This document shows positions 12,811-27,690 of a DNA stretch of 64,000 nucleotides, one piece after another (the first letter of the stretch is position 1; the number at the start of each line of letters is the position of its first letter). Below the pieces are notes generated by a model. It did not search any database. It was given only the letters and a program-made list of their open reading frames with translations, and had not been told where the DNA came from. Origin of the DNA: Antedon mediterranea (taxonomy: Eukaryota; Animalia; Echinodermata); assembly GCF_964355755.1 (NCBI RefSeq), contig NC_092672.1, positions 26,790,437 to 26,854,436 on the forward strand, read 5' to 3'. The position numbers and the translations under genes are program-made.

Positions 12811-14378
12811 TTTTTTCAATTTGCCTTTTGATTTATAAGATACGAGCAATTTTTGTTGGAATAAACATAATGACATGACTGCGATACATTACAAAGACAG
12901 CAGAATTTCTTTTTCTCAGTTTTTATGTATGTGACTAAACTTTAAAAAAAAATTAAAATGTGTGACTTCTGTACTGCAAAAATATTTGTTAGGGGCAGTT
13001 AGAGCATTATTGCAATTTTCATGGTATTTTTGGTATGAATGTGTATACATTTGATGTACTGTATCATGTTACTTGGACATTTATAGGACTTGTCAACTTG
13101 CTGGGAATATATAACATCAAAAAACAATGGGGAAAACAGGAAAGGCACTGGGATATGACAATTACCTTTAGATGTTACTATTCCGGTAGGAATGTGCTCT
13201 GATACAGTGAAGAATATATAAGATGTGTTATCTTTGCTAGTATTTTATCACTGAAACGTTTGATTCAAAAATGAAAATACATAAAACTGCTATTGTTTTT
13301 GACTAAAATGTGTGATTTAAAAAAAAGAATTCAAACTTCTGGTTTTTGTAATAAAAATATACAAGCATATTGTGCCTCCCTTGGTTTCAGTTTGGTGCTA
13401 TAAGGAAAGAAACACCTAGTTTACTTTTTCAAGTAATAGTCACGCATTTGCTGTTAATTAAGTCTGTAGTTCCTTCCCTTTTTGGCAAGATATTTATGCA
13501 GGCTATAATTTTATATTAAATGATTTTATTATTCAAATTTAAGGTAACATATATCACCGACTATCAATTCCCTGCCTCAAAACATGGATACCAACGCTAT
13601 ACTCTTCTGATGGATTGATGGAAGTCAAGTATAATCCCACCCTCTAATCGAGGCTATTTAATGGAGTCTAATCCCTAACTTTTACCATTCATACCCTGTG
13701 ACTACTATACACCCAAACTCGTCATACTGGAAATAAGCCTACAGAAATTTGTTTTTTTGAAGTTTCACATAATGTATGCATATTATACAGTTTTATCAAC
13801 CAAGTATATCGCATGCAATGCGGTGCCAATATAATATATAAAGACTTCCGCGCTTATGTATTTTATTATGCAGTATAAAAGCCCTTTCTTAATCCCCGAA
13901 GATATAACAACTATATTGTCTCATACAAAACACATAAAAGGATACAGTTAATTTTATTTTATCAGGGTCTTTAATAGGCTTATTGATTTTTACTACATAT
14001 TTTTATTATTATTACTTTCTCAAAATATGGGACATTTTTACGAGTTTCAATTAGAAATGGCGCTCAAAACATTTGTTGCCTATGGTTACAATAACATAAA
14101 GTGTAACCAATAAATAGACTACTTTATGTGTTTAGTTGAAAATTAATTTAATTTATCCATTTACAATTTTAGTATAGAGGCTAAATAGGGGAGCAAAAAA
14201 TGTTGATGTTGCATGCCTTATATGCAAATGAACCATATTGATTGCATAACAATTTTAAGGAGCTACTGTATCCCAGAGCGGGATTATATTAAAAACAAGA
14301 TCAAAACAACAAAATGTAGAAAAATGTACAGCATTACTAAAGTCAAATGTAGGTTGGAGCCATAGACTAAATGAACAT

Positions 14379-14986
14379 TATATATTGGCTATAACATTAA
14401 GCCGTATTATTTAATATGTTATAATGACTTGAACTACATTAGCTAACAAATGATTTGTGTCATTCTTATATTAACATGGGTGAAACTTGCAATTCCATAA
14501 TAAATCAAACGTTACACGATATTTTGAAGAGGATCAAATATTAAACAATTCATCTTTTTCATACTTCTATTGACAATGATTGCAGTCTATGGAAAAAAAT
14601 TAAATTGATACGAAATTAGACGTATAGACGCTTCCTTTGTGTTTCAGTATTGACGTCTCCAGCTTCTCAATTTTTTTGAATCAGATTAAAAAAAATTGAG
14701 AAGCCGGAGACGTCAATACTGAAACACAAAGGAAGCGTCTATACGTCTAATTTCGTATCAATTAAATTTTTTTCCATAGACTGCAATCATTGTCAATAGA
14801 AGTATGAAAAAGATGAATTGTTTAATATTTCATCCTCTTCAAAATATCATGTAACGTTTGATTTATTATGGAATTGCAAGTTTCACCCATGTTAACATAA
14901 AATGACACAAATCATTTGTTAGCTAATGTAGTTCAAGTCATTATAACATATTAAATAATACGGCTTAATGTTATAGCCAATATATA
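14379..14986. mobile_element. Foldback/MITE, a 608-bp near-perfect palindrome
   Basis: tatataTTGGCTATAACATTAAGCCG...CGGCTTAATGTTATAGCCAAtatata. The arms are complementary up to the centre AATC-A-GATT (14683), with few mismatches and TA-rich flanks. Confidence 0.9.
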
Positions 14987-15149
14987 TCAAACTGCTCTTC
15001 GATCAATACAACTTGGTAAATGTGGAACGTTGCTAGGTTAAATCAAAGGTTAATATTTATTTGTCTAATAAGATCATTTTTCAATTTTTCAACTCAACCA
15101 ACCTTTTAATTATGTTTCTAGGGATGAATATTCTTCTGACAATTCTTTA

Positions 15150-15292
15150 AGCTCTGCCTACACTATGAAACCAGTTTGACAAAAAAAAAGTATGATGTGC
15201 CAAAATATGGTAGTGATATGACATCATCGTGTCCATATATGGGCACCTCACATTTTATCATCACATAAAGTTTGATTGTGTAGACAGATCTT
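15150..15292. mobile_element. ~140-160-bp MITE family (PIF/Harbinger-like TIR GCTCTGTCTACACTATCAAACT)
   Basis: The TIRs ctacactat(c/g)aaac and gtttgat(a/t)gtgtagacag recur at ~45331-45490, ~53582-54027 (interrupted) and ~62690-62818. Confidence 0.7.
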
Positions 15293-18200
15293 TTGAATTA
15301 CTTCTGTGTGACAATACGAAACTCTTTTAGAAATTGTCCTAAGAATCTGACAGTCATACAGATAAATATATACATGAACCATCACCAAGGACAGTGGACT
15401 AAATGTAACAAAAGTATACAACTTTTATTTCCCTAAAGAGTTTCTTCGTGTTAAGTTCTGTCACAAAATTTGTCTGAGGGCGAGACACACTGGGCAGTGA
15501 TGTAGCCACAAGAAATAAAGTGGTGCAGTTGTAGCAAGAAATAAGAAAAATCTCTGTTCAAGTCACTGGGTTGTCAAAAGCCTCTGTGAAAAAATGGTCA
15601 GGTTGAAATCTTACCACATGTACCGGTGGCTGGCACTGCATGGGCAGTGATGAACCAGTACACAAGGTAACCCTACTCTACTGTTTTAAATAATCTCTAG
15701 ATTTTCATTGGCAGCCATAAAATGATGGATGCCGAATGCTTTATACCAAGTACAACAAACAAGTGGCGTATGGTTTGTGAGGCATCAAACAAAACTTGAA
15801 CACATTATTTTTAATATTTTTCTTAAAATTACAAAATATAGCCAAAACATATATAGTCCATGACCTCTGTTCACTGAACAATGTTACATTATCTTCAGAT
15901 CAACATTTTGCAAGGAATGACTGATTCAGCTTTAGAAGGAATGACCCAATGGGAATCAACATCTATTCCAAACAAGTTCATCCAGATAACTTTTCGTTAT
16001 TCTTGGTGTCTCTTGGGATCATTTTGATGTAATTACTGTTCATTCAATTGATAAAGTAAATAGAGATGTTGATGAATTGAGCAACAACACATTTCATCTG
16101 GAGAACAAAAAGTACTAAGATGTTGACTGACTGCCCAGATAATTTAAATTTATCCAAACATAGATGATATTGATTCGATTCTGAAACATCTTGCTTATAC
16201 TTATAGGGCGAGTATTAAACCATAAAGACACTAGTACATTTACAGATTCTTTAAAATTTTAAATGAAACTACCTTCTCTCGCAACAAGAGTACTACTGTA
16301 TATCATAATCAGTCAGAAATTAGTACCTTCATCTTTGAAAAAAATGTTTATTTAAGCAATTTGAAGCATATAAGAAAGCTAAGGTAAAAGCAAAAAAATC
16401 TCCTTTTGTTATACTATCTACAACCTCCAATCCAATATGTAACTATTGTAAATATTTACAGGGTTAAGTAATATATTAACATAATATGAATCTTTTAATA
16501 CATTTAAACATAGTCACCAGGCAACTTTACCATTTAAACTTAAACCAACTTCAAATGTAATCTTTCAAATATTTCAGACTTATCCGGAATCAAAATCAAT
16601 CGGCTGTAAATGTCTGATGACGAGTGTTTTCATGTAATTTAATGGTGACCTAGTTGTCAGCCGGATGACTATAACACAACTTAACCAAATTAGGATGTTC
16701 CGTGTCTTGGGGCAGTGTTATGGGACATTCGGCAGGCAATCTGTAAATAGTATGACCTGAATCAAAGCGGTGAATGTCTCCAACGAGAAGCAATATCGAC
16801 CAAGAAACGAATCTTGGTGAAATTAGACAGGAATATGTATTTAAAGCATAAGACAGAAATTATCGACTGGTTCTAACATCACAGATCAAATGTTTTGTGT
16901 CTTGTTAGGCACGTGTCAAAATTAATGTGTTTGTGTTATGTTGCCAAAGCCTCACAAACCCAACATTTTATTGAATCTAGGTGGTTTTTTTCAAATTGAG
17001 AATTCATGTTTTGAGCAGAAATTTCTATATTTTGTTTATTTTAAATTTCCCCCAGTAGTGGATTTATAAGCAGACCAAATAATGATTTATATCAGTAATA
17101 AAAAAATCAGCAAAAAAAACAATTTTCCGTAAGATTGAATAATTTTTGTCCTATAGAATTAACGTGATTAACTGGCCGACCAAAAGAGGCCAGGTTTAGG
17201 GGCCTACTAGGATTTCACTGTCAATTGGCCAGAATATAATTCGAACGTTGTGAATTCTAAATAACATGGTATTCTATATTAAATTTCTATTATATTATAA
17301 CCAAATGTTTATAAAAAGAAAATGTAATTGCTGCTAAAATTCTAGGTCATGTATCCTAAATTTACAGTAGCTGCCTGAATCAATATGTTTACATTTTTAA
17401 ATGTTTTTAGAATTTAGAAATATAAAAACAATATTTGAATTAATAATTTTGCATCAGTTAGAGAAATTATTCTCTGGTATCTTCTCTCTTTCCTTCCACA
17501 AGCCATTCGACTTTTTAATCAAAATTTTAAACGTAAATAATGGAACACTAAATAATCATTTGCATTGTTTATGTTATCTAGGCCTATATCTTTGAATTTG
17601 AATCCCTAACAGTATTACTTGCTCCTCAGAATGTCCAGGAGCAAACACAGGTAGATATGACCCTGTAGCTATTGGTGTTGTGAACCCGATCAGTACACAT
17701 TTGAAACAGATCTAAAGGTCAATCTATCTTATGTCCTAGATTTGTGAAACATGCATAAAACAATGTTACAACGATAATGTCACTTACATTTGAAAATTTG
17801 TATAGATTGATTAAAAATAAATGAAATAACCTACATATTCTTTTATTTAACTAATGCCCTTTATAATTGCTATTGGCAGGATGGTATTGAAACAAAGATC
17901 AAGCGAACATACCAAGAAATTGATTGAAGTTTAATTAAAAGATGTAATGACGTTACTTTAAACAAAAACACAAATCAATTACAAAATTGTTTATGCAAAT
18001 GTATTTTAATGAAAATTTATGAAATTACATTTTGAAAATAGCAATTGAGTAGTATTGAAGCTATAAACAAATTAAAAATACACACCCTAATAAATGTGTT
18101 TGCCTATTCAACAAGAGAACAGCCATGAAAGTGATGATCATGATGATTTGCCCCTTTTATGGAAAAAACACTTTAAGGCTTGCCAATCCACAGGTAATAT

Positions 18201-21200
18201 CACACACTGCTCATTTTTTCTGATATAATCTTGGTTTGGGTTACAAAACACTGGTTCTTGCTATAGAATGATTCCAACGAAGGGTTGTGTGGCAACAATG
18301 ACAGGGCATCTGTCTCCATATCAAAATCAAAATACCTTAGTCCAAGTTTGAATAAATTGATTTGGGCAACTCTCACTCATCATTTCAATACTTGATCCTA
18401 GCAATTTTTTGAGATTCTCATATTCAACCACATTATAGTTAATCTTTTTTTATACTATAATACATTGTAAATTAATGTTCTTATGTACAAATCCTCAGAA
18501 TTAAGTTCTAAATGTGTGTTCAATCAAAACAGTTTATTGAATTTCATAGAAGCAAACAATGAACCCAAACTCTTCTAAAAAAAACATCTTTTATTCCACC
18601 GATTTTATGTACCTGTATATAGTGCCTTTTTAACTCTATTGAATTTTATTGTTTTAGATTTTTACAAAAATGTATGTATATTATTATAATATATATTTGT
18701 AAAAGGAATGAATAAATGTGGGTGACCCCCACGAAAGAGAAAAAAAAACATCTTTTCTTATAAAAACATGTTATGATTTTGGTTGTATACAGTAAACATA
18801 ACAAAATAAAAACAGTAAAAAATGGTTTAAATATTAAAACATTTGAGTGTATTTGAGTGTATTCTTGCCATTTGATTGGTTTATTTGTATCATGGGACAT
18901 TCAGTATAGTTATATTGTACAGCAAAATTATACTTAATACAGTAATTCTACTCTAGTTAAAGATATATTGTCTCTCTGAAAACATTTTTTTTTATCAAAT
19001 ACCTTTGCTGAATAATGTCATTTTAATGTCATATAATAATTGACTTTGATCAAAAAATTGTAAATTTTTTAAGCAATTAATATTGACTGCCAGCCAATGG
19101 GTTTTTGGTTGAATCTAACCATTTATGTAATTGTCATTTTATATTAAAGTGAAAACATTATTTTTTAAGGTTTTTCCACAGAAGTGATTAACTTTGTTAA
19201 AACTACAAAATGGCATATTCAAAGTCTGATTTGATTAATCTTCATGTTCATGGTTTTGGTTGATTGGTAGATCATGATCTCATGTAAGTGGTTTTAAACA
19301 AATATTAAATTGTTCTTTCTTTTGTTTTATGTAAGAAAAATGTATGTTTATCAGTAAATTAATATTTATTCTTATAAACAAATCACAAGTATTGTCGTGA
19401 GGTGGTTTCCCAATTAATTGTACGATCAAACCGGTACTGGGTATGATCAACTAGCGTTCGTGTTCCCACCTAATCATCCATTCATAGAAGTACTGATGAA
19501 GATATCAATCTGTGGCGACAATAGAATGGACCCAAGACCTGGCTATCTTCGACTTTTAAATAATAGAAAGTTTAGAAAAATGTTTTTGTTAGACTAGAAA
19601 TGTACGTTGTATGTATATAGAAAAATGGTTGTAGTTTTCAAAATTACGTTGTATAAGTTGCGATGTGAAAAACTGTTATTTGATCGTTAGTTGTCGTGTA
19701 CATGAAGCAAAAATATAAATATAATAAAATAAAATAAAATAAAAATCGTTAGTAAAACTTTTAAAAAGAGTAAAGATATAAGGAAGAAAAGCAAAGAGAT
19801 CATGGAGCGGCTGTACCAGAAAAAAAATGATAGTCGGTCCTATTCAACTCAGGTTTGTTTCAATGAAATAATCTTTCAACACATAAAAACAAATTGTCTA
19901 TTATGTTATTTGTATAATAGTATTCATATAAGAACCACTTGATCTAGTGGTTTTAAAAGCATAACTATACTTTACTGTCTAAATAATAAAGTCTTAATGT
20001 CAAGCTCTAACATATCAGGATCTGATTTCATGGAACATGATCAATGTTGAGATAGAAAAGGATATTGAAGATTGGATATCAATCAGATATTGGTTCAATC
20101 ATCGATAGAATTTAGCAAAAATATCTTATAATCGTTGGATCAATTACAGACATAACAGTCTCAATTAGTACTAAAGCCCCTAAGGTAGAACATCTTTTCA
20201 ATTACTAGAGGGTGAGCTCGCTTCGCTCGCTCCCCCTCTAGGAAGTGTAGACGATGGTTCTCGGAATGATAATGTTCTCCTTATACATTTTCTGTCGGTT
20301 ACCATTATTGAAAATGCTTGACATTCGTAAAACTAAACTACTTTGTTTCACAGTGTTTTTGATGATTAATAACATTTTAAAGTATAGTTTTTATTGTTTG
20401 GTAGGGCCCTTTGGGGAGGCGGAGGTCATTTGAGGGAGGTGCTTATTCGAGGGATATATGTTAAATTTTTTAGTTCTAATAATATGGTAACATTTATAAT
20501 CAAATGAAATCCTCTCATAGATATGAAAAGTGGTAAAAAAGAATAACAAATGCTTGGTAAATTGCAGATAACAGTGCGGTGAATTCTACTACAAATAGTA
20601 TAATTGTGTTATTATAAATATGTGGATGGACGTTTATTAGATAGTTGGGTTGTGGGGTGGGGGGGGGGGTTATTATTCAAAGTGATGTTTTATTGGAGAG
20701 GCGTTTATTCAAATGAATACCATCCTAATAATTATTAATACATTATTTAATTTAATCATCTTTTGAAACTAACTGCCGTGACAGAGTGGGCCCAAGAAAG
20801 AAGACATTACGGCTTGCAACATGGGCAGACATCTCGGTCCTAACGGGACACAGGAAGATAGCCTACAGTTATTCCTGCAAGCTTACTCAATAAAACTCAG
20901 CTATCGGGATTTCACTCGAAAAATGTCTTATCAAATCTCCCTATGTAATTTTATAATACTATTCCCCACAATATATCATGAGGAAACTTTCCCTCTTACC
21001 AAATTTCCAACTTTTGAACCAGGTTTTGCCTGACCTTGATAGTGACAGCCTTAATGACTTTACTCAGCATGTGACCTCATTAAATGCTAAATGGATTAAA
21101 GCATGTAAGCTATCTAGGTATTTCCTGTGAACTTTTTTACTGAACATTAAAAAAAAGGCAGCAACCAAAACACTCAACAAAATAGAACTGAAACGAATAT

Positions 21201-22844
21201 AAAGTAACAAAATCCAAATATTTATTCATTTATATAACAACATATTTATAATATATATATATATATATATATAGGACGAAACGACTTCTCACGATCGGTA
21301 TAGGCTTGGCCGGCCTTATTGCTAGGCTAAGGTCGATTGTAATTAAGTACTCAATCCATCATATCGTAGCCTACGAAAATCTGACGAAGATACATGGCAG
21401 TCCATACGTGGAACTCCTAGGCTAAATATCGGATTAACTGTAACAAAATGTTTTTATTTACATACTCGAGCGAGTGACTTCCATGACATAATACCACTAC
21501 TAGGCCTAGGCCCGGCCTAAAATATTCATTTTTTTATATGAATGCTTCGCCTCATCTTGGCTTTCTTCGGCATTATTTTCAAAATACTGTACACATGTTT
21601 GATGGAAAGCCCACATCACACGTGTTTTGTCGCGACAATTGTTTTGTTTTTGTACGAACATAATACCTACGCTACAATAAAGTAGTAATGTATATACTGT
21701 AAACAAAATTAATTGTTCGATTTTATATTTTAATACATCTTAAATAAAGGCAAAGGTATTAAAAACTACATACAGTATTGTTTTTAAAGACATTTTATTA
21801 TTAATATTAATACATGATAATTCAAAAACAAATCACTGTACCACGCTTGTAAAATATTCATACGCCAAGACCTCGTGTGTCGTCTCTCTGCTGGCCGGCT
21901 CGATTTTCTCCACAGCCTGGAAATCGTGAATTTTCAACGAATTCTAACTTCGCGTAGAATTAATCAATTTTTACGATTTGAAATTGCTGATATATCACTT
22001 TTTCTTTTTATTCATGGTTAAACAAATGATATTACTATTATTTTATAGAAAAACACATTTTCAAACATTTAGTCACTTCATTTGACCATGAGAGAGTAAT
22101 TTGATCGGACACATTTTCCCAGTGATTTATTGACACTTCGTAAGGTCGCGCGGCCTAGTCTTTTGATGTGTAATGCGATTAGATCGATTAGACTCAGGCA
22201 AAACCTGGTTTCAGTACCCGTCTAAAGCATCATTTGACGGGTAGAGTGGTAAGAGGGAAAGTTTCAGCATGATTCTGATTCTTTATGGCGTATATTTAAT
22301 TTGATCTTTATTAATTTGCAGTATAATTCCTATTATTTAACTACTGTACCTTCACACACGTGTGGTATGTTTTAAAATAAACAAAAAACTGAAATGGCTA
22401 TGATTAATGGCCAATTTTTTTTTCGTCTTCCAAAGGGACACTGTATTGATTGATGGAAAGTGCCTGTTTCCAGTCACCTTTAGGGTCAAATCTATTATTT
22501 TAACTGCTCCCTTGTGTATAAAAGAGAGGAAATATTTGAAACTAAGGTGAACTTATCTTAAACCCGGAAATTACTTTGACCGGGAAGAATTGAAATTGAG
22601 AGGAAAATCCAATGTTGAAATCATAAATGTTGTTAAAAAACTCTTTATAATATCTTCCTAAGATATAAATATGGAACAATAGCGTCGGCGTGCACACTAA
22701 TGTTATCAAATCTACGTTTCGCGGTACATATCGGATAGATAAGGTAGGTATCCAAGGCGGAGATTTGTAGAGAAGTTTTTGCATTGTGCTCGCCTATGTC
22801 AGAATTAACCATAATTTATATATAGATGAATTTTAAATAATTAT

Positions 22845-23275
22845 TTCAATGGATATGAACAGTTTAAAAAAAATGTTTTCCAAAGGAGTTTCAAAATCAT
22901 ACAATTTAGCAATAACATCAGATTATTCTTGGATCAATTGCAAATATAACAATCTCAATTAGCACAAAGCCCCTAAGATAGAAAATCTTTTCAATTATGA
23001 ATTTTAAATCATTATAATGGATATGAACAGTTATAAACAAAATAAATAAATAAAAATGTTTCCCAAGTGCTTTCAAAATCAAAAAATGTAGTAATATCTG
23101 GTTATTTTTAGATCAATAACAGATATAACAATCTCAATTTACTAAAGCTCCAAAAAAAAAACACTCTTTTCGGTTATAATATTTTAAATCATGTAATATA
23201 TAACATGTAATGAATATAAATGGACAGAAAAACTGTGCCCAAAAGGCTTTAAAATCATACAATTTAGCAATATTA
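22845..23275 (+). repeat. Diverged ~165-bp tandem repeat, about 2.5 copies
   Basis: Recurrent tggatatgaacag...caaaatca...ggatcaat...aatctcaatt...aaagccc. A related single unit lies at ~20105-20203. Confidence 0.6.
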
Positions 23276-23977
23276 CTAATAATTTAACAAATCTAAATTC
23301 GTCGGCACAGTGGGTGGGTTGTTGTGCAGTGGGTCATTTTGGCTGTGATTTAAACAAATGTTCTCATGTTCTAATTGTATGTATTGTGGATCAGTTTTCA
23401 TAAGTTCTAACAAACAAAATATTCTCATTTTGTGGTACCATGTTCACTTTTAAAGCTCTTTTCAAAATGTATATTCATACTCCTAGATAATAATATAATC
23501 ATTTAATCTACTGAATAATAATAGTATTGAATTCATTTGGAGGTTTTATATTCTATCCACATTAAGGATACAATTCTAAATTAATTATATTTAACAAACA
23601 AATTGTAACAATTCTAGAATTCTTTTGTAGAAAACCGATTGGCATCACGAAATGCAAATGTAAATGCATTCTTTAAATTACGCTCTCAAAAATGTCTTTA
23701 AAGCAGAATTTAAGGCAGTCAAATAAATGAATAAAGAAATTGATCATAAAATATTTATATGAATCTGAACTATTAATAACTATTGATCGAAATGAGATCT
23801 ATTAAAGTGAAGTTTTACATTTTAGGATGGAATTTAACATTTCTCTCGTTCGGCTCACTGTTATGATTTATTATTTTGGTTTATATTTTATCATATTTAT
23901 ATAATAATCATATATTTCATTATGCTTAGGATCAGGAAGAAAATAACAATCATGTTATTTTTTTAATATTGTTATAT

Positions 23978-24145
23978 TTATATAGTACTTTAACAATCAG
24001 CACTCAGATTGTCTCAAATTCTTAGAAAAAAGAACAGATTGGATTATATTTATTAATTTTTTATATAGTACTTTAACAATCAGCACTCAGATTGTCTCAA
24101 ATTCTTAGAAAAAAGAACAGATTGCATTATATTTATTAATTTTTT
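23978..24145 (+). repeat. ~85-bp tandem duplication
   Basis: ttatatagtactttaacaatcagcactcagattgtctcaaattcttagaaaaaagaacagattg occurs twice. Confidence 0.85.
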
Positions 24146-24479
24146 TTATTTAATTGTTTATGTAAATTGGGAGTATGAATATTCATGCATACAGGTAAAA
24201 GATAATTAAATTATATTGAAAACTAACAACAATACTTGTGTTAAGCAAATATAAATTTTAAAATGCAAAATTCTGGTTTTGGTATATTTTATCAATAGCA
24301 TAAGAAAATAACATTCTTCTTCTTCTTCTTCGTATTAGGAGCCAACTTCATATGTGAAGACTCTGCTCCTCCAACTCTGTTTTGCTAGCTCTACTGTATT
24401 TGGTTGTGTATTATTATTATTCATTCTTGTTATGTTTTTATAATGTTAATGTTTTTTTTATATATTTTAAAATATAACT

Positions 24480-24800
24480 TTTAGCAATCACCAGATTGTC
24501 ACAAAGCACTTAGAAACTAAAAAAATAGATTGAAATAGAACAGATTGTATTACAAAAAACTAAAAAGATGTGTTTTCTAAAGAATTTTGAAAACTTTGAT
24601 TGAAGGTGCTCTCAAATAGAATTGGGAAGGTTATTCCACAGTCTGGAAGCTGCAATTAGGTGAAACAAAAGTACTAGTAGTCAACGACCTTAGAGATCTT
24701 GTAAGAGAGATCTACGTTTAACTAAACTTGAAAATATATAATGGTGACTGGTCATTTAGTGATTTGTATGTTGTAGTATGATTTGTACTAGACCACTTCT
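24480..24800 (-). mobile_element. L2/CR1-group LINE 3' fragment
   Basis: The minus strand encodes AASRLWNNLPNSI at ~24620-24655. Confidence 0.6.
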
Positions 24801-25091
24801 AGACTGTGGGTGATTATTAACTTCAACAACAACAATACAATACATGTTTGAGTTTATCAACCTTACAGTCAACTTTCAATTAAGATATGGGTAAAAAAAA
24901 AACATTATTAAAAGTTTTGTTTATTGCAAATCTAGAAATAATCTCAAAAGGATGTCAGTAATATCATAAAATAATTAAATGCATGTTGTACATGGTTGCT
25001 TTCCCACAAAACAAATAAAGACCATTATATTAACACTCCAACCAGGATGCTTTCCAAATGAATGAGGGGCTAGGTTTTTAAGGAACCGTTT

Positions 25092-25253
25092 AGGCCAATT
25101 TACACAGACAAACTGTAACGGCAAGCAGAAAACTGCGTAGCTTGTCCCACATAGAAACTGTATCTATCCTGAGTGGAAACCGCCGTCCACTTTGCGTTTT
25201 GTGTAAATGGTCATAAAATTTGTATTATACCCCTCATCTGTGTAAATTGGCCT
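25092..25253. mobile_element. Harbinger-like MITE
   Basis: TIR AGGCCAATTTACACAGA / TCTGTGTAAATTGGCCT with TTA-like flanks. Confidence 0.7.
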
Positions 25254-27557
25254 TTATATCAGTGCAGTGCTCAGATATCAATCTAGCGAGTGCACGATGC
25301 ACGTAAATTAAGATTTTGTAATTTTACTTATTATAAATTTATATGAGAAATGAATTAATAAAGCACATATATTATGAATATGAGTTCAATATAACTGTAG
25401 CCTACATCATAAAGGAAATCTATCATATATTTTTAATCAAGTATATATTATGTATTGTTGCAGTAGAATTTGTGGCTTTTGTAAAATACAATAGGCAAGA
25501 ATGCAAAATAACAAAGTTATTATATAATAACAATACAACTAAGAGGGTCAAGGATATTAAATTGCTTGACATAAGCTCAATATGTCATTGAAAATATTTT
25601 TTAGCAAATTATAGAAATGTCATGTTAATATTTGAACCGGAAATATATATTTACTTTTATTTAAAATTGTTATCAATGAAATATAAAAATCTTCATGTAC
25701 ATATGTGCAAATATCATGAAACAGAATTTCTATTTTACATATCTGTTTTTGTGAATTTCTCTTTTTTCTTTAAAAATATTATTTTTAATTTTTATAAAGC
25801 TGAATAATTGGACTAAAAGGGATTCTAGAATAAAGAATGATTTTTATTGTTTATCTTTAAATTCACTATCTGTTACAATGATGTAATTTAGATTGGTTAC
25901 AATCTAAAAACTGGAAAATATGAAGGGAGAACATTTTCACGAGTTGACAGATTGACTGTTCAATTTAACAAGGTGGCGCCAGGTTAAAGAGCAGTCAGGC
26001 TTTTCACTAATGTTCAAAAGTTACACAACATACTCTCAATGTTTTTACAAAAAAGTGAAATACACAATAGAACCATTTGCTCACCGCATTAACTTGTATA
26101 CGCTACTTATATTTGCCTCTCTCCATACTGGGTACCATGTAAGGTTGAAACACAATTGCGCTGATTACCAGCTGTATGTTAATTCCATATGTGTTTGACT
26201 GAGTGCTATTATTATTAGACACTACAATAGAACCCATCCTTTGGGACACCAAACTATTCAGACACCCCTCTAAAGCAAGTATTTCTACACGCTTCAAAGA
26301 CGAAAAAAAAGAAGAGAAGTTTTTAAAAAAAATTATCCTAAATTAACCAAAATTGTTGATGATGCAGAAGAACATTCTTAAAAAATACAGAACTTTGTGC
26401 CTCAAAACTATATAAAAAAACAACTTTTAAACAGGTAACACCCTTTTAAGGAGCAATTCCAATGTCTCCTCTTTAAAACCATACGGTGTAGTCAGGAAAC
26501 CATTGAATTGTAGAGATTATGATCATTTTTAAATGTGTTAAACTGTTATACAGACATTGATGATACAAATGTTAAATGTACTGTACACAAACAGCTATTA
26601 TAACCTAATTATAACACACCTACTAACGTATCCTTGTCATCTGATTTATTGGTTAGGAACGTTAAGGTGTTTTTGTGCAACTATGAGGCTTGTAACTATA
26701 GAGAGCTCTGTCTATATGGCTCCAAGGCGCAGCCAATTCAGCCTGGCTGAACTTGGCTGTGATAGAGTATTTTTTTTTTTATGAAACAGGGCCTAGACAT
26801 TCACTGAGGGTAGCGCTCCTCCTTTTGATAATGAAAATTAAATTATGAAGTACTTTTTAATATCTATTTTTACAGACTATCAATATCCCTTAAAAAAAAT
26901 CTTGGATCCACTGATGAAAACAAATAATGGAAAGGATAGAAAATTCACATGTGTTGCAGGGTGGACCGATTTATATTTTGATGGAAATAATGATACATTT
27001 TATTGGAGAAAAAATAAAAAGAACATGGCTCTGCTAAATCTCTGTCAATGGACTTCTCTTTCAGAAAATATTACATCCATTCCACTCATTAGCATTCTTT
27101 ACTATATAATTTGTTATTATAATATTTGTATAATAAATGATTTGGCATACTTTACTGACTTATAGAAACAAATGGAATGTGCTTAATAGAGGGTCATTTA
27201 CATTTTACAAAGTAAACCTCCTTCAAAATTATTACTGGAATATAGCAATAACCTGGAGTGTTACATTGTAATGTAATTAAGTGTTGTACAGGGAATTAGG
27301 AAGTGTCTGTACTTTCAAACTAGCATCTATATAAAAGTACATGCAATTATAATACAATGAAACACTCATGTAAATCTAATATGCAACAATAACTGTGGTT
27401 AGATCTCATACAATACAACAAAAAGTGTTCAATGAGAAATAGTACTCAAAAGTACAGTAAAACCAACAAAATGGCAATTGGTGAACACTAGGGCCTTTAA
27501 AATGAAGTGCTTTCAACTTATGTCCTATCTTTTGCATTTTATTTACCAAAATATCGA

Positions 27558-27690
27558 CTGGGTGGATTTGGGCTGGGTGGATTTGGGCTGGGTGGATTTG
27601 GGCTGGGTGGATTTGAGCTGGGTGTGGGATTGGGCTGGGTGTGGGGTTGGAATGGGTAGATTTGGGCTGAGTGTGGGCTTAGGCTGAGGG
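27558..27690 (+). repeat. G-rich 15-bp minisatellite (CTGGGTGGATTTGGG)n
   Basis: About 4 near-perfect units followed by degenerate units. Confidence 0.85.
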
